A DNA stretch of 64,000 bases from an uncultured Eubacteriales bacterium (GCA_964584935.1 CAZPBN010000004.1:6507-70506), one strand, 5' to 3'. Counted from the first letter of the stretch, positions 39,885 through 51,416 are shown. Notes: generated from the letters alone by a model not told the origin. Made by a program: numbers and translations.

Positions 39885-40691
39885 CTATTTCCCCTTAAAA
39901 TCTGCTTTTCTCTTTTCTAGGAAGGCTTTTGTCCCTTCCTTACTGTCTTCAGTAGAACAACATTTCCCAAAAAGATCGGCTTCCAAATCCAAACCTTTCT
40001 CTAGAGATTCATCCAATCCCTTATTGATAGCTTCAATAGCATATTCAAGAGCCAAAGGAGCATTTGCCGTTATTTCGTCAATGAAATTCTTACAAGTGGA
40101 ATACAGTTCTTCTTGAGGAACAACTTTGTTTAACAGTCCTATTTGATGAGCTTCCTCTCCTTTGATTGTTTTTCCACTGAATATCAATTCCATTGCTTTT
40201 CCTTTACCCACTAATCTGGAAAGTCGTTGCGTTCCTCCGTATCCTGGAATAAGACCCAATTTCACTTCCGGTTGCCCCATTTTAGCATTTTCAGAGCCAA
40301 TACGGATATGACAAGCCAAAGCAAGCTCTGTTCCTCCCCCTAGAGCATATCCATTAACCGCTGCAATAACCGGTTTATTGAAATTTTCAATTAATTTTGT
40401 TAATTTTTGTCCCTTTAATACATATTCTCTTCCAGATTGTTCGTCCAGTTCAGCCAATTCACCAATATCAGCTCCCGCCACAAAGGCTTTATCTCCAGCC
40501 CCAGTAAGAATAACAGCATTCACTTCCTCATCATTCTTAAAGGAGGTGAAGGCTTTATGCAATTCGCCTATCGTTTCTGAATTGAGGGCATTCAATTTGT
40601 CCGGTCGATTGATGGTAACCCATCCAACCTTTTCTTTTTTAGAAATAAGTAAATTTTCATAATTCATTTTCCCTCCTAAAGCTTTCAACAA
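39885..40691 (-). CDS. enoyl-CoA hydratase / crotonase-family protein
   Basis: Crotonase-fold signatures (AAVNGYALGGGTELALACHIRIG, the oxyanion-hole region, and the catalytic Glu in GLIPGYGGTQRL). Confidence 0.85.
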   Translation of the reverse strand: MLKALGGKMNYENLLISKKEKVGWVTINRPDKLNALNSETIGELHKAFTSFKNDEEVNAVILTGAGDKAFVAGADIGELAELDEQSGREYVLKGQKLTKLIENFNKPVIAAVNGYALGGGTELALACHIRIGSENAKMGQPEVKLGLIPGYGGTQRLSRLVGKGKAMELIFSGKTIKGEEAHQIGLLNKVVPQEELYSTCKNFIDEITANAPLALEYAIEAINKGLDESLEKGLDLEADLFGKCCSTEDSKEGTKAFLEKRKADFKGK

Positions 40692-40717
40692 CGATCAATC
40701 CAATAATCTGTTGTTAT

Positions 40718-41854
40718 TTAATAAAGCTTTTTTTCATATATCCTGTATTTTTTATATAATTTGCCTCCGATAGATTCTGTGAATTTATTGACAGCCTCAT
40801 TATCCTCTAATTGCCAGGAGGTTTCACACCATTGATAGTTCCTGGCTCTTATATTTTTTTCCAATTGCGAATAAAGAAGATAACTGATTCCGGATGATCT
40901 GTATTCCTTGAGAATTCCAAAAACAACAGCTCTCACTCCTTTGATTTTTCTCCTGTAATAAAGGAATTTAAATATCCCAAAGGGAAAAATCCTTCCATTC
41001 ATTTTCATGATAACTTCATTGTAATTTGGCAATGCAAAAGCAAACCCAATGGCTTTCCCTTTATCTTCGGCTAAAATAATGATTTTAGGATCGGCAAATA
41101 TTTTTAATTTTCTAAAAATATGGCGCATTTCCTTTATAGTCCATGGGACAAATCCCCAATTTTTTCCCCAGGCATTATTATAGATATGCATTATTTTTTC
41201 TGTTTCTTCATTGACTTTGTTTTTATTAACATTTCTCAAACTCACAGTGGTTTGATTTTTTATTTGCTCTTCGATCATTTTAACTTTTTTTGTTGTTTCA
41301 TGACTTCTATCCATAATATAAGCAAAAAGGTCTTTTGCCTTTTCCAAACCACACTTTTCCATGAGACCTAGGTAATAAGGAGGAGTATAGGGCATCATGT
41401 ATACAGGAGGAGAGTCAAATCCTTCCAGAAGAAAGGCACATTCATCATTCATTGAAAGATTCATCGGGCCCCGAATAGACTTCATCCCTCGATCTTTTCC
41501 CCACTCGCTAACAACAGACAGTAAAGCTTTTGCCGTAATCAAATCATCAATGCTTTCATACAAGCCAAAAAATACAATCTTTTCATTATGAAATTCATTA
41601 TGATTATTATCTATAATCGCAGCAATCCGACCTGAAATTTCATTGTCTTTGTAAGCAAGAAAAAGTTCCATTTCTGAATGGTCAAAAAAAGGATTTTTCT
41701 TAGGATTCAACTTTTCTTTCATATCAATTATTAAAGGAGGAACCCAGTTTGGATAATCTTTATATACTTTCCACGGAAATTTGATGAAATTCATAAAATC
41801 CTTTTTTGTTTTAACCTTTTCTATCCGAATACCACTCAATTCTTTATTCTCCAA
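40718..41854 (-). CDS. uncharacterised GNAT-fold (FemAB/BioF2-like) acyltransferase family protein
   Basis: 378-aa soluble protein. Loose resemblance to GNAT-superfamily N-acyltransferases (the GFDSPPVYMMPYTPPYY region). Confidence 0.4.
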   Translation of the reverse strand: MENKELSGIRIEKVKTKKDFMNFIKFPWKVYKDYPNWVPPLIIDMKEKLNPKKNPFFDHSEMELFLAYKDNEISGRIAAIIDNNHNEFHNEKIVFFGLYESIDDLITAKALLSVVSEWGKDRGMKSIRGPMNLSMNDECAFLLEGFDSPPVYMMPYTPPYYLGLMEKCGLEKAKDLFAYIMDRSHETTKKVKMIEEQIKNQTTVSLRNVNKNKVNEETEKIMHIYNNAWGKNWGFVPWTIKEMRHIFRKLKIFADPKIIILAEDKGKAIGFAFALPNYNEVIMKMNGRIFPFGIFKFLYYRRKIKGVRAVVFGILKEYRSSGISYLLYSQLEKNIRARNYQWCETSWQLEDNEAVNKFTESIGGKLYKKYRIYEKKLY

Positions 41855-42051
41855 ATTTTAATCATTTTATCAAATAATAAAAAATAATAAAAGCAATCTG
41901 TCCGTTTTTATGAATAGCAAAAGAGATTCAACATTGTTGAGTTTCAGCCAGTATTATGGTAGAAATAAAAGGCATATTTTCAAATTGAGGTTTTTACACT
42001 TCTTTGTCCATGAATCAATAACTAAAAATTAGGGAAAAAACGGAGAGTTCT

Positions 42052-42436
42052 ATGAAAAAAGCAACAAATTTTAAAACTCTTTCTCCCGATAAACTCATGG
42101 ATTTTGATAAAGATGGAATGGCGACTGTGACCGAATATGGAACCAGGCTTGCTGGAAAGCAGAAAAAAATATCCACTCGTTTTCATATAATCGCCGATGT
42201 TCTAAGGGAATCCAATTACTGGGCAAAAAAAGAAAAACAAAAACAAATTCCATATCTATCCTGTCAGAACAATTGATGAAGGAATAGAAATATTAACCGG
42301 AATCAAGTCTGGAACAAAGGATAAAGAGGGAAATTTTGAAAAAGACACAGTCAATTACCTTGTCGATATGGAACTCCAACGCCTCGCTAAAAGCTGGAAG
42401 TCATTTGCCTCCTCAGCCAAAGAAAAAGGAAATTGA
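42052..42436 (+). pseudogene. probable decayed C-terminal remnant of a Lon-like ATP-dependent protease (S16 domain tail), with a frameshift at an A7 tract
   Basis: Frame 1 gives a 74-aa ORF ending at 42276. The +1 frame continues with KFHIYPVRTIDEGIEILTGIKSGTKDKEGNFEKDTVNYLVDMELQRLAKSW..., which matches the conserved extreme C-terminus of Lon and Lon-like proteases (hydrophobic-H-I-x-P-V-x-x-I-D/E-E-x-L-x-L-L). The frames overlap across the A7 run at 42225..42231. No ATPase or protease core lies upstream. Confidence 0.35.
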
Positions 42437-42467
42437 ATGACTTTTAGACTTTTTTAGTTTTAAATCT

Positions 42468-43187
42468 TCATTCCCACCTTTTTTTCAAATACTCGATTTC
42501 TTTTATCTTGAGATAACGCCAGCTTCCTTTCTCTAGATTTCCCAGTTTCAATCCGCCAAAAGCAATTCTCTCCAGTTCAATAACCTTACTGCCTATAACT
42601 TCAAACATTCTTCTAATTTCTCTCTTTTTCCCTTCCCGTATTTCAACTCTCAACAAGGCTTTTTTTCCGTCCTTTTTAATCAAAATTATCTTAGCAGGAG
42701 CTGTTTTTTCCCCATCAATCATAACTCCTTTTTCCAATTTCTTTAAATCTAAATGATTCGGATTTCCTTTTACTTTTATTAAATATGTTTTGGTGATTTG
42801 AAAACTGGGGTGAGTTAAACGGTAAGCCAATTCGCCGTCATTGGTCATTAGGAGAAGACCTTCGCTGTCATAATCAAGCCTTCCCACAGGAAATATCCTT
42901 TCCTTAATCGAAGGAAGGAGATCCCTTATAAGAGGTTTTTTGAACGGATCTTTAAGCGAAACCAAATATCCAGAAGGCTTGTTTACCATAATGGTAATTC
43001 TTTTCTTTTCTTTCTCAACTATTTTTCCGTCTGCAATCACCTGGTCTTTTTTATCATCAATCTTCATTCCCAATTTCCGGACTACTTTTTGATTCACTCT
43101 TACTCTTCCCTGCTCAATCATTTCATCTGCCTTTCTTCTAGAAGCCACTCCAGATTGAGACAAATATTTATTTAACCTGACAATCAT
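42468..43187 (-). CDS. pseudouridine synthase, RsuA/RluB family (S4 domain plus catalytic domain)
   Basis: N-terminal S4 domain (RLNKYLSQSGVASRRKADEMIEQGRVRVN). Catalytic Asp motif GRLDYDSEGLLLMTND. Confidence 0.85.
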   Translation of the reverse strand: MIVRLNKYLSQSGVASRRKADEMIEQGRVRVNQKVVRKLGMKIDDKKDQVIADGKIVEKEKKRITIMVNKPSGYLVSLKDPFKKPLIRDLLPSIKERIFPVGRLDYDSEGLLLMTNDGELAYRLTHPSFQITKTYLIKVKGNPNHLDLKKLEKGVMIDGEKTAPAKIILIKKDGKKALLRVEIREGKKREIRRMFEVIGSKVIELERIAFGGLKLGNLEKGSWRYLKIKEIEYLKKRWE

Positions 43188-43268
43188 TTTTTTTATTTTT
43201 ATAGTAGATATTAGCGGTCTCTTTTCTGAGAAAACTTCAATTTTTGAATGGTTCAGACTAAATTTATT

Positions 43269-43835
43269 TTAAAAATAATAACTCAAACCGCCGTAAAAAG
43301 AAAAATCCCCTATATTTAAATCCCTCTCTTCAATGATAACTTTGACATGATGAAATTTCCCTTCCCCTAAAATGGCAAAATTTTCTCCCATATTAATTTC
43401 AAATCCCAGTCCCAGATTATATCCTCCCTCCGAATCTTTATCAATGTTATGAATGTCTGCTGTATAGTATCCGAACCCGCCGCTTGCGAATAAATGAAAA
43501 TAAGGAAAGGAGAAAAGATCATACTTGACATTTAAGCCGATGAAACTGTAATCAATCTGACGGTTCTTCCACTTAAAGGTAACCGCTTCCTCAAGCTCCA
43601 TATTGTGGGCTGCCTGAAAATAGCACCCCTCAAAAGTGAAAACCCATAATCTGACTCCTGCTCTCAATCCGTAAAGAAAAGCAGTATCTGTATTGAATTC
43701 AATATCTTCCAGGCTTGGTTTCTGGGCTGAAATCCCCCCAAGAATTCCTAAAAAAACACCACCGTCTGCCAATAGAGTGTTAGAAGACATCAATATAAAT
43801 CCAAGTATCAAACTGAATATAAATTTTTTTTTCAT
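43269..43835 (-). CDS. small outer-membrane beta-barrel protein (OmpA-like / OmpW-like porin family)
   Basis: GGAG RBS before the ATG at 43835. Signal peptide MKKKFIFSLILGFILMSSNTLLA. Alternating amphipathic beta-strands. C-terminal aromatic ...GLSYYF. The track start at 43880 is probably too long. Confidence 0.7.
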   Translation of the reverse strand: MKKKFIFSLILGFILMSSNTLLADGGVFLGILGGISAQKPSLEDIEFNTDTAFLYGLRAGVRLWVFTFEGCYFQAAHNMELEEAVTFKWKNRQIDYSFIGLNVKYDLFSFPYFHLFASGGFGYYTADIHNIDKDSEGGYNLGLGFEINMGENFAILGEGKFHHVKVIIEERDLNIGDFSFYGGLSYYF

Positions 43836-44066
43836 TATATCTCCTGTATTCCTATAAAATCGCACCTCTTGATATAACAACCAATAATAGGCATCCGAAA
43901 ACAGACAATAAATGATTATTCATCTAAAAGTCAAATCTACTAAGGATTGGTCTTCTTTTTTCCCAAGATTCTTGCTCCTGCAGAAAAATTATAATCATTA
44001 TTTTGGGAAAATAAAAACTTTACTTTTCTAATTTCGTAACAATAATTATAGGATAAATGGATATAA

Positions 44067-45302
44067 ATGGCACGAGTTAACATTAATGAATCATTTGGGA
44101 TGGCTATGGGGTCTCTCTGGTCCAATAAACTCAGAACTTTTCTCACATTATTGGGAATCATTATAGGAGTTTTCACCATCATTGCGGTCGTATCTGTCAT
44201 CCAGGGACTAAATAATTTTGTCTATGAAGAATTCTCCTTCTATGGAGCCAATGACTTTTCAGTTTCTAAGTTTTCCATGACCGGAGGCTCTCTTGAAGAT
44301 TACAGGGAACAATTGAAAAGAAAAGACCTCACCATAGAAGATATGGAATCCATTCGCCGACTATGCAACTCATGCGAACTGGTGGGAGCATCCACCAGCT
44401 CAAGAAGCACCGTAAAATTCAGAAACAAATCCATAAAAAATATAAGAGTCACCGGCTGGACTCATGTCGATCATCTCATAGGGACAGTCCAGGAACTGGA
44501 AAGAGGAAGACATATTCTCAAGGAAGATGATGAACATTCGCGCTTTGTGTGCGTGATTGGATTTGATGTCCATGAAAATCTTTTTCCTTATGTGGATCCT
44601 CTTGGTAAAAGAATAAAGATTGGACCACATAATTTTTTAGTCATAGGTATTGGCAAAAAAAAAGGCAAACTTTTGGGAATGAGTCAGGACGATTATGTGC
44701 GAATTCCCTTATCCACCTTCCAAAAAATTTATGGTTTAAGAAGAAACCTGGATATCAATATTCATACTGAATCTCAAGAACAAATGGCAATAGCTCAAGA
44801 AGAAGTAAGGACTATTTTACGCTCAAGACGGCATTTATCTTTTAATAAAGAAGATGATTTTTCCTTTAGAACTTCGGAAACATTTATGGATATCTATAAA
44901 TCGGCAACCTCAAGTATTTATTTTGCCATGATTGCCATATCCGCTATTGCCCTTATTGTGGGAGGAATTGTTATAATGAATATCATGCTCGTTTCCGTTA
45001 CAGAACGGACAAAAGAAATTGGAATCCGTATGGCAATAGGTGCCCGTAGAAAGGACATTATGTTTCAATTTCTTGTTGAATCCTCTGTTATATCCACAGT
45101 GGGAGGGATTTTAGGAATCTTAATTGGATTCATAATCGCCAAAATCATAACAGCAACCACTTCTCTTCCTTCAACAATTGATCCCGGCTCCATAATCATT
45201 GCCATTCTTGTTTCCACTTCAGTGGGATTATTTTTTGGTCTTTACCCTGCTAACAAAGCAGCAAAACTCAATCCCATCGATGCCTTGAGGTCAGAACAAT
45301 GA
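44067..45302 (+). CDS. FtsX/MacB-type ABC transporter permease (periplasmic MacB-like domain plus FtsX 3-TM bundle)
   Basis: TM1 (LRTFLTLLGIIIGVFTIIAVVSVI), a ~220-aa periplasmic domain, and a C-terminal FtsX region with the conserved TERTKEIGIRMAIGA motif. Confidence 0.85.
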   Translation: MARVNINESFGMAMGSLWSNKLRTFLTLLGIIIGVFTIIAVVSVIQGLNNFVYEEFSFYGANDFSVSKFSMTGGSLEDYREQLKRKDLTIEDMESIRRLCNSCELVGASTSSRSTVKFRNKSIKNIRVTGWTHVDHLIGTVQELERGRHILKEDDEHSRFVCVIGFDVHENLFPYVDPLGKRIKIGPHNFLVIGIGKKKGKLLGMSQDDYVRIPLSTFQKIYGLRRNLDINIHTESQEQMAIAQEEVRTILRSRRHLSFNKEDDFSFRTSETFMDIYKSATSSIYFAMIAISAIALIVGGIVIMNIMLVSVTERTKEIGIRMAIGARRKDIMFQFLVESSVISTVGGILGILIGFIIAKIITATTSLPSTIDPGSIIIAILVSTSVGLFFGLYPANKAAKLNPIDALRSEQ

Positions 45303-46543
45303 GACTTGGAATCATTAAAGAAATAACCCGAATGGCTTTTGATTCTATAAAATCTCATAAAATGCGTTCTTTTTTAACCCTTTTAGGAATTATGATTGGG
45401 GTTATGACTGTCATAGGGATGGTTTCCATAATCCAGGGAATCAACCGTTCTTTTCTCAGTGAACTTGAATCTTTAGGCTCTGATATTATAATCATAGGAA
45501 AATATGATCCTGTCCAGATGGGTCGTCTCAGTGAAGAGGAAAGGAAAAGAAAAGATTTTACTTTTGAAGATGCCAGAGCTATAGAAACGGAATGTTCGTT
45601 AGTGGAAGCGGTGGCAGTTGACCTCGTTGCTGAACTATCCACACCTCTTACCATCAAATATCGAAGCACTATAAGTCAGGATGCCCCTGTCCTCGGTATG
45701 AATGAAAATTGGCCTAGGGTTCTTTCTATATATCTTCCCCAACAAGGAAGATTTTTAACAGAAAATGATATCAACCATCGCTCCAGAGTATGTGTTCTGG
45801 GATTCAAGCTCGCAGAGACACTTTTTCCTCATACAAATCCTTTAGAAAAAGAGATACGAATAGGTCCTGAAAAATTCACTGTGGTGGGAGTTCTTCAGAA
45901 AAGAAAAAGCATGTTCGGAGAAGCCCAGGACAATTTCATAGGAATCCCTATCACCACGCTAATGAAGTACTTTCCTTATGACCTTTCCAGAATGGAAATC
46001 ATAGCCAGTTCTAAAAAACAAGGTTATATAGAAGAAACCAAAGACCAAATAATAAATCTTTTAAGAAAAAGAAGAAAAGTCAAATTCGGGGAACCCAATG
46101 ATTTTTCCATATACACTCAAGATACCATAATCGAGCTATATAATGATTTAACCGGAGCAGCTTATCTGGTTATGATTATTATTTCCTCAATCGGTCTTTT
46201 AGTGGGAGGCATCGGTGTAATGAATATTATGCTTGTTTCGGTTAAGGAAAGAACCAGAGAAATAGGAATAAGAAAAGCCATAGGCGCAAAAGCTTCGGAT
46301 ATTCTCAAACAATTTCTTATCGAAGCCATATTTTTAACAGGAACCGGAGGAATATGTGGCATCATCATTGGTTTTTCCATTGCTTTTATTATTAAATCTG
46401 CCACCCCCTTGCCAGCTTCTGTTACTTCCTGGTCAATATTCCTGGGATTATTTGTCTCCATTTCTGTGGGATTGATTTTCGGGCTTGTTCCTGCTCAAAA
46501 AGCAGCCAAGCTCAATCCCATCATTTCATTAAGGTATGAATAA
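45299..46543 (+). CDS. FtsX/MacB-type ABC transporter permease (paralog of the upstream gene)
   Basis: Same architecture (KERTREIGIRKAIGA motif). Start overlaps the upstream stop by 4 nt. Confidence 0.85.
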   Translation: MRLGIIKEITRMAFDSIKSHKMRSFLTLLGIMIGVMTVIGMVSIIQGINRSFLSELESLGSDIIIIGKYDPVQMGRLSEEERKRKDFTFEDARAIETECSLVEAVAVDLVAELSTPLTIKYRSTISQDAPVLGMNENWPRVLSIYLPQQGRFLTENDINHRSRVCVLGFKLAETLFPHTNPLEKEIRIGPEKFTVVGVLQKRKSMFGEAQDNFIGIPITTLMKYFPYDLSRMEIIASSKKQGYIEETKDQIINLLRKRRKVKFGEPNDFSIYTQDTIIELYNDLTGAAYLVMIIISSIGLLVGGIGVMNIMLVSVKERTREIGIRKAIGAKASDILKQFLIEAIFLTGTGGICGIIIGFSIAFIIKSATPLPASVTSWSIFLGLFVSISVGLIFGLVPAQKAAKLNPIISLRYE

Positions 46544-46622
46544 AATCAATCCAGAATACAAGGAAACATTTTTTTCTAATGAATTCAAAATCTATCCATA
46601 ACACTCTATGTAACAGTCCTGC

Positions 46623-47837
46623 CTACAAATAAATAGATTTCTTTACTTTTTCTAAAGCTTCTTCAAGATTTTCGTTTTGTTCACCGGCAATTTCAACCAG
46701 AGTGGAGCTTCCTCCTCCTTTTCCTTTCACCATTGATGTTACCTGCGAAAAATATTTCCTCATATCAAGACCGGCTTCTTCAGAACAGGCTAAAATAATA
46801 TGACATCCCTCTTTCATTCTCAGTCCAAAAAGAACAACGTAATTTCCTTTTTCTATCACATTTATGGCAAGTAACTTTAATTCATCCCGGCTTTTTGTAT
46901 TGTATATTTTCTTAATAATCTTATTATCTGCTCCCTGGACTATCTTTTCAACTTCAAAATCGGCTAACTTCAATTTTAATTTTTTAATTTCTTTCTTTTG
47001 ATCTTTCAGTTCTGACAATTTTTTTTCAATCGACGAATAAAGTTCTTTCTCATGAACCGTAAATCTTTCTGAAAGACTGCGAATAATTCTATCCTTGATT
47101 CTATAATCTTCAACAGCTCTTTTCCCGCATAAAAACTCGAGCCTGACATTATCCCTTATCCTATCCCATTTTGTGATTTTAAATAATCCAATCTCACCTG
47201 TTCTTTTCACATGGGTTCCTCCACATGCAGAATATTCAAAATTATCAACTTCTACCACCCGGATCTCACCACCCTTTTTTGGCGGTCTCCTCAATGGCAC
47301 ACTTTTTATTTTGTCCTCATGGACAAAATAGGTTTTGATTTCTTTATCAAGGAAAATAATCTTATTCACACAATCTTCTAATTTATCAATTTCTTTTTCT
47401 TTTATCTTCCTTTTGTCAATTTCAAGAGTGGAATACTCATCTCCCAGATGAAACGAGAGAGTCTCAGCTTCATAAATCCGATGAGCACATTGAGATAAAA
47501 CATGCTGTCCTGTATGCTGTTGCATATGATCAAAACGTCTTTCCCATTCAATTTTACCCTTTACTCTGTTTGCGGTGATTTCTTCAGTGACAAAGTGAAG
47601 AATTTGATCTCCTTCTTCTTTGACTTCTGTTACCTCCACACCATTTAACCCTCCCTTATCATTGGGTTGCCCTCCTGATTCAGGATAAAAACAAGTCTGA
47701 TCAAGGATTAAAGCAAACCTATTATCTACTTTTTCTCTCTGAACCACTTTAGCCTCAAACTCCGCTTTGTAAGGGTTTTCAAAATAAATGCGTTTTGTTT
47801 TTAATCCCTTATTCTTTTTACTGTTAGTTGAAGTCAT
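46623..47837 (-). CDS. alaX: alanyl-tRNA editing protein AlaX-L (AlaRS editing domain plus DHHA1)
   Basis: Zinc-binding HxxxH (HTGQHVLS) and CGGTH (ACGGTHV) motifs of the AlaRS editing domain. C-terminal Gly-rich DHHA1-like segment (GKGGGSSTLVEIAG). Confidence 0.85.
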   Translation of the reverse strand: MTSTNSKKNKGLKTKRIYFENPYKAEFEAKVVQREKVDNRFALILDQTCFYPESGGQPNDKGGLNGVEVTEVKEEGDQILHFVTEEITANRVKGKIEWERRFDHMQQHTGQHVLSQCAHRIYEAETLSFHLGDEYSTLEIDKRKIKEKEIDKLEDCVNKIIFLDKEIKTYFVHEDKIKSVPLRRPPKKGGEIRVVEVDNFEYSACGGTHVKRTGEIGLFKITKWDRIRDNVRLEFLCGKRAVEDYRIKDRIIRSLSERFTVHEKELYSSIEKKLSELKDQKKEIKKLKLKLADFEVEKIVQGADNKIIKKIYNTKSRDELKLLAINVIEKGNYVVLFGLRMKEGCHIILACSEEAGLDMRKYFSQVTSMVKGKGGGSSTLVEIAGEQNENLEEALEKVKKSIYL

Positions 47838-47840
47838 GAA

Positions 47841-48506
47841 TCACAAATTCTTTTTAATCCGTTCTGTTGTTTTGAAATGCACTTTAGCTAATCTTCTAAA
47901 AACCTGAATTCCATGTTTTTTTGCCAATTTGATTCCCCTTTCTTCCACAGCTGGAGAAGCTCCTCTGGGAATCTCCATCCCCCAATCCTGAGAAAGAAAA
48001 TAAAGGCGTTTTAAAAATTCAGCCCGGGCTATAATCGAAGCCGCAGCCACAACAATATCTTCTTCTCCCTTTGTCTTCTGAATCAACTCGATATTTTTCC
48101 CTCTTTTCATCAATGCATTGAGAACAAATGATTTATCTCCAAACTGATCCGTAATAGCACTGGAACAAGGAACTTCTTCTAGAATATTTTCTATGGCTCT
48201 TGAATGCGCCCAGGCAAGTATTCTATTAAGATTTCTCATCTTTTCATAGAGTTCGTTATATTTCTCAGGACCTATGACCACAACTGTATTCTGATAACCT
48301 TTCCTTAGTATATCAGACATTTCTTTTATCCGGTTATCAGATATCCGTTTACTATCTTTCACTCCTATTTCTTGAAGGACTTTTTTTTGGTTATCCGGAA
48401 CAAAAATACCCGCAACAATCAAAGGACCAAAATAATCTCCCTTGCCCGATTCATCAACTCCGATATGTCCTTTCATTTCACCTGACAATAAAGGAGACTT
48501 AGACAT
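47841..48506 (-). CDS. rnhB: type 2 ribonuclease H (RNase HII/HIII family)
   Basis: Catalytic DESGKG motif near the N-terminus (GVDESGKGDYFGPLIVAGIFV) and a downstream acidic-residue pattern. 221 aa. Confidence 0.8.
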   Translation of the reverse strand: MSKSPLLSGEMKGHIGVDESGKGDYFGPLIVAGIFVPDNQKKVLQEIGVKDSKRISDNRIKEMSDILRKGYQNTVVVIGPEKYNELYEKMRNLNRILAWAHSRAIENILEEVPCSSAITDQFGDKSFVLNALMKRGKNIELIQKTKGEEDIVVAAASIIARAEFLKRLYFLSQDWGMEIPRGASPAVEERGIKLAKKHGIQVFRRLAKVHFKTTERIKKNL

Positions 48507-48521
48507 ATATCCAGAAAGACA

Positions 48522-49823
48522 TCAACGTAACAAATTACGCTTTTTTGCCTCACTAATTAAATCCGCCCTGAATTTAGGATGGGCGATTTCGATCAAGGCT
48601 CCTGTCCTTTCCTGCAGATTTTTTCCGTGAAGGTAGGCAACTCCAAATTCTGTCACAATATACTTCACATCAGCTCGTGTGGTTACCACTCCTGCACCTT
48701 CTTTCAAAACAGGTGCAATCCGGGAGAGCTCTCCATTTTTTGCAGTGGAAGGAAGAGCTATTATAGGAAGACCGTTTTGGGAATGGGCTGCCCCTCTAAT
48801 AAAATCCACCTGACCTCCAAAACCGCTATAAATATAGGTCCCAATGGAATCCGAACACACTTGTCCCGTAATATCCACTTCCACAGCAGAATTGATGGCT
48901 ACCATATTTTCATTTCGGGAAACATTAAAAGGATGATTCGTGTAATCTGTGGGATGAGCTTCAAATATTGGATTATTATGAGCAAACTCGTAGAGTTGCT
49001 TGGAACCTAACATAAAAGTCAAAATAACCTTATAAGGATGAAATGTCTTTCTTGCTCCGGTTATAAGATTTTTCTCTATGGCTTCCATAACTCCATCTGA
49101 AACCATCTCTGTATGAATTCCCAGGTCTCTTCGTGATTCTAAAGCATGAAGCACTGCATCGGGAATGCCTCCAATTCCCAATTGAAGAGTCGCACCATCT
49201 TCTATCAATTCGGCAATAAAATTACCTATTTTTTTTTCCACATCAGTAGCAGGTCTTTTTTCTAGTTCAGGTAAATCCATAGACATCTCAACAATTTTAT
49301 CAACATGGGAAACATGAATAAAAGAATCACCAAGAACTCGCGGCATTTTATCATTAATCTGCGCTATGACAATTTTGGCGGTTTCGGCAGCTGCCTTTGA
49401 AGCCATAACTTCAACTCCAAAACTCATAAATCCATGTTCATCAGGAGGAGAAAGATGGAGCATGGCAACATCAATAGGCATCTGATCAGAATAAAAAAGA
49501 GCTGGGATTTGATGTAAAAATATTGGAATATAATCAGCTCTTCCTTCATTAATCGCTTGACGGTCAGCAGGGCCTACGAAAAGTGAATTATGGCGAAAAT
49601 GTTTTTCCATTTCCGGTGTGGATAGGGGGTCTTCTCCTATGAGAAGAACGTGGACAAGTTCAACTCCTTCCAGTTCATCCTTTCTTTCTGCCAGTTTCTT
49701 CATCAAATAAAAAGGAGTTGCCGCGTTTCCGCTTATATAAACTCGATCGTGACTCTTTATTTCTGATACAGCTTCCTCTGCACTCACTTTTTTATTTTTA
49801 AATTCATCCACCCAAGGCATCAA
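48522..49823 (-). CDS. acetyl-CoA hydrolase/transferase family protein (4-hydroxybutyrate / succinyl-CoA:acetate CoA-transferase-like)
   Basis: 433 aa. Conserved family regions including the catalytic Glu region (GIGGIPDAV..., SGFGGQVDFIRGA). Confidence 0.85.
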   Translation of the reverse strand: MMPWVDEFKNKKVSAEEAVSEIKSHDRVYISGNAATPFYLMKKLAERKDELEGVELVHVLLIGEDPLSTPEMEKHFRHNSLFVGPADRQAINEGRADYIPIFLHQIPALFYSDQMPIDVAMLHLSPPDEHGFMSFGVEVMASKAAAETAKIVIAQINDKMPRVLGDSFIHVSHVDKIVEMSMDLPELEKRPATDVEKKIGNFIAELIEDGATLQLGIGGIPDAVLHALESRRDLGIHTEMVSDGVMEAIEKNLITGARKTFHPYKVILTFMLGSKQLYEFAHNNPIFEAHPTDYTNHPFNVSRNENMVAINSAVEVDITGQVCSDSIGTYIYSGFGGQVDFIRGAAHSQNGLPIIALPSTAKNGELSRIAPVLKEGAGVVTTRADVKYIVTEFGVAYLHGKNLQERTGALIEIAHPKFRADLISEAKKRNLLR

Positions 49824-49892
49824 TATCCTCCATTAATTGGCGTTCCTTCATTTATCTCTGATGCTATTCTTCCTTTTTCAATTGATAATATC

Positions 49893-51416
<1,524 letters not shown>

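Noticed and set aside
43809-43835. A9/T10 tract at the start of the small OMP gene as a phase-variation switch
   Set aside because: The run is just consecutive Lys codons (MKKKF) of a typical AT-rich signal peptide. There is no evidence of a length polymorphism, and the frame is intact.
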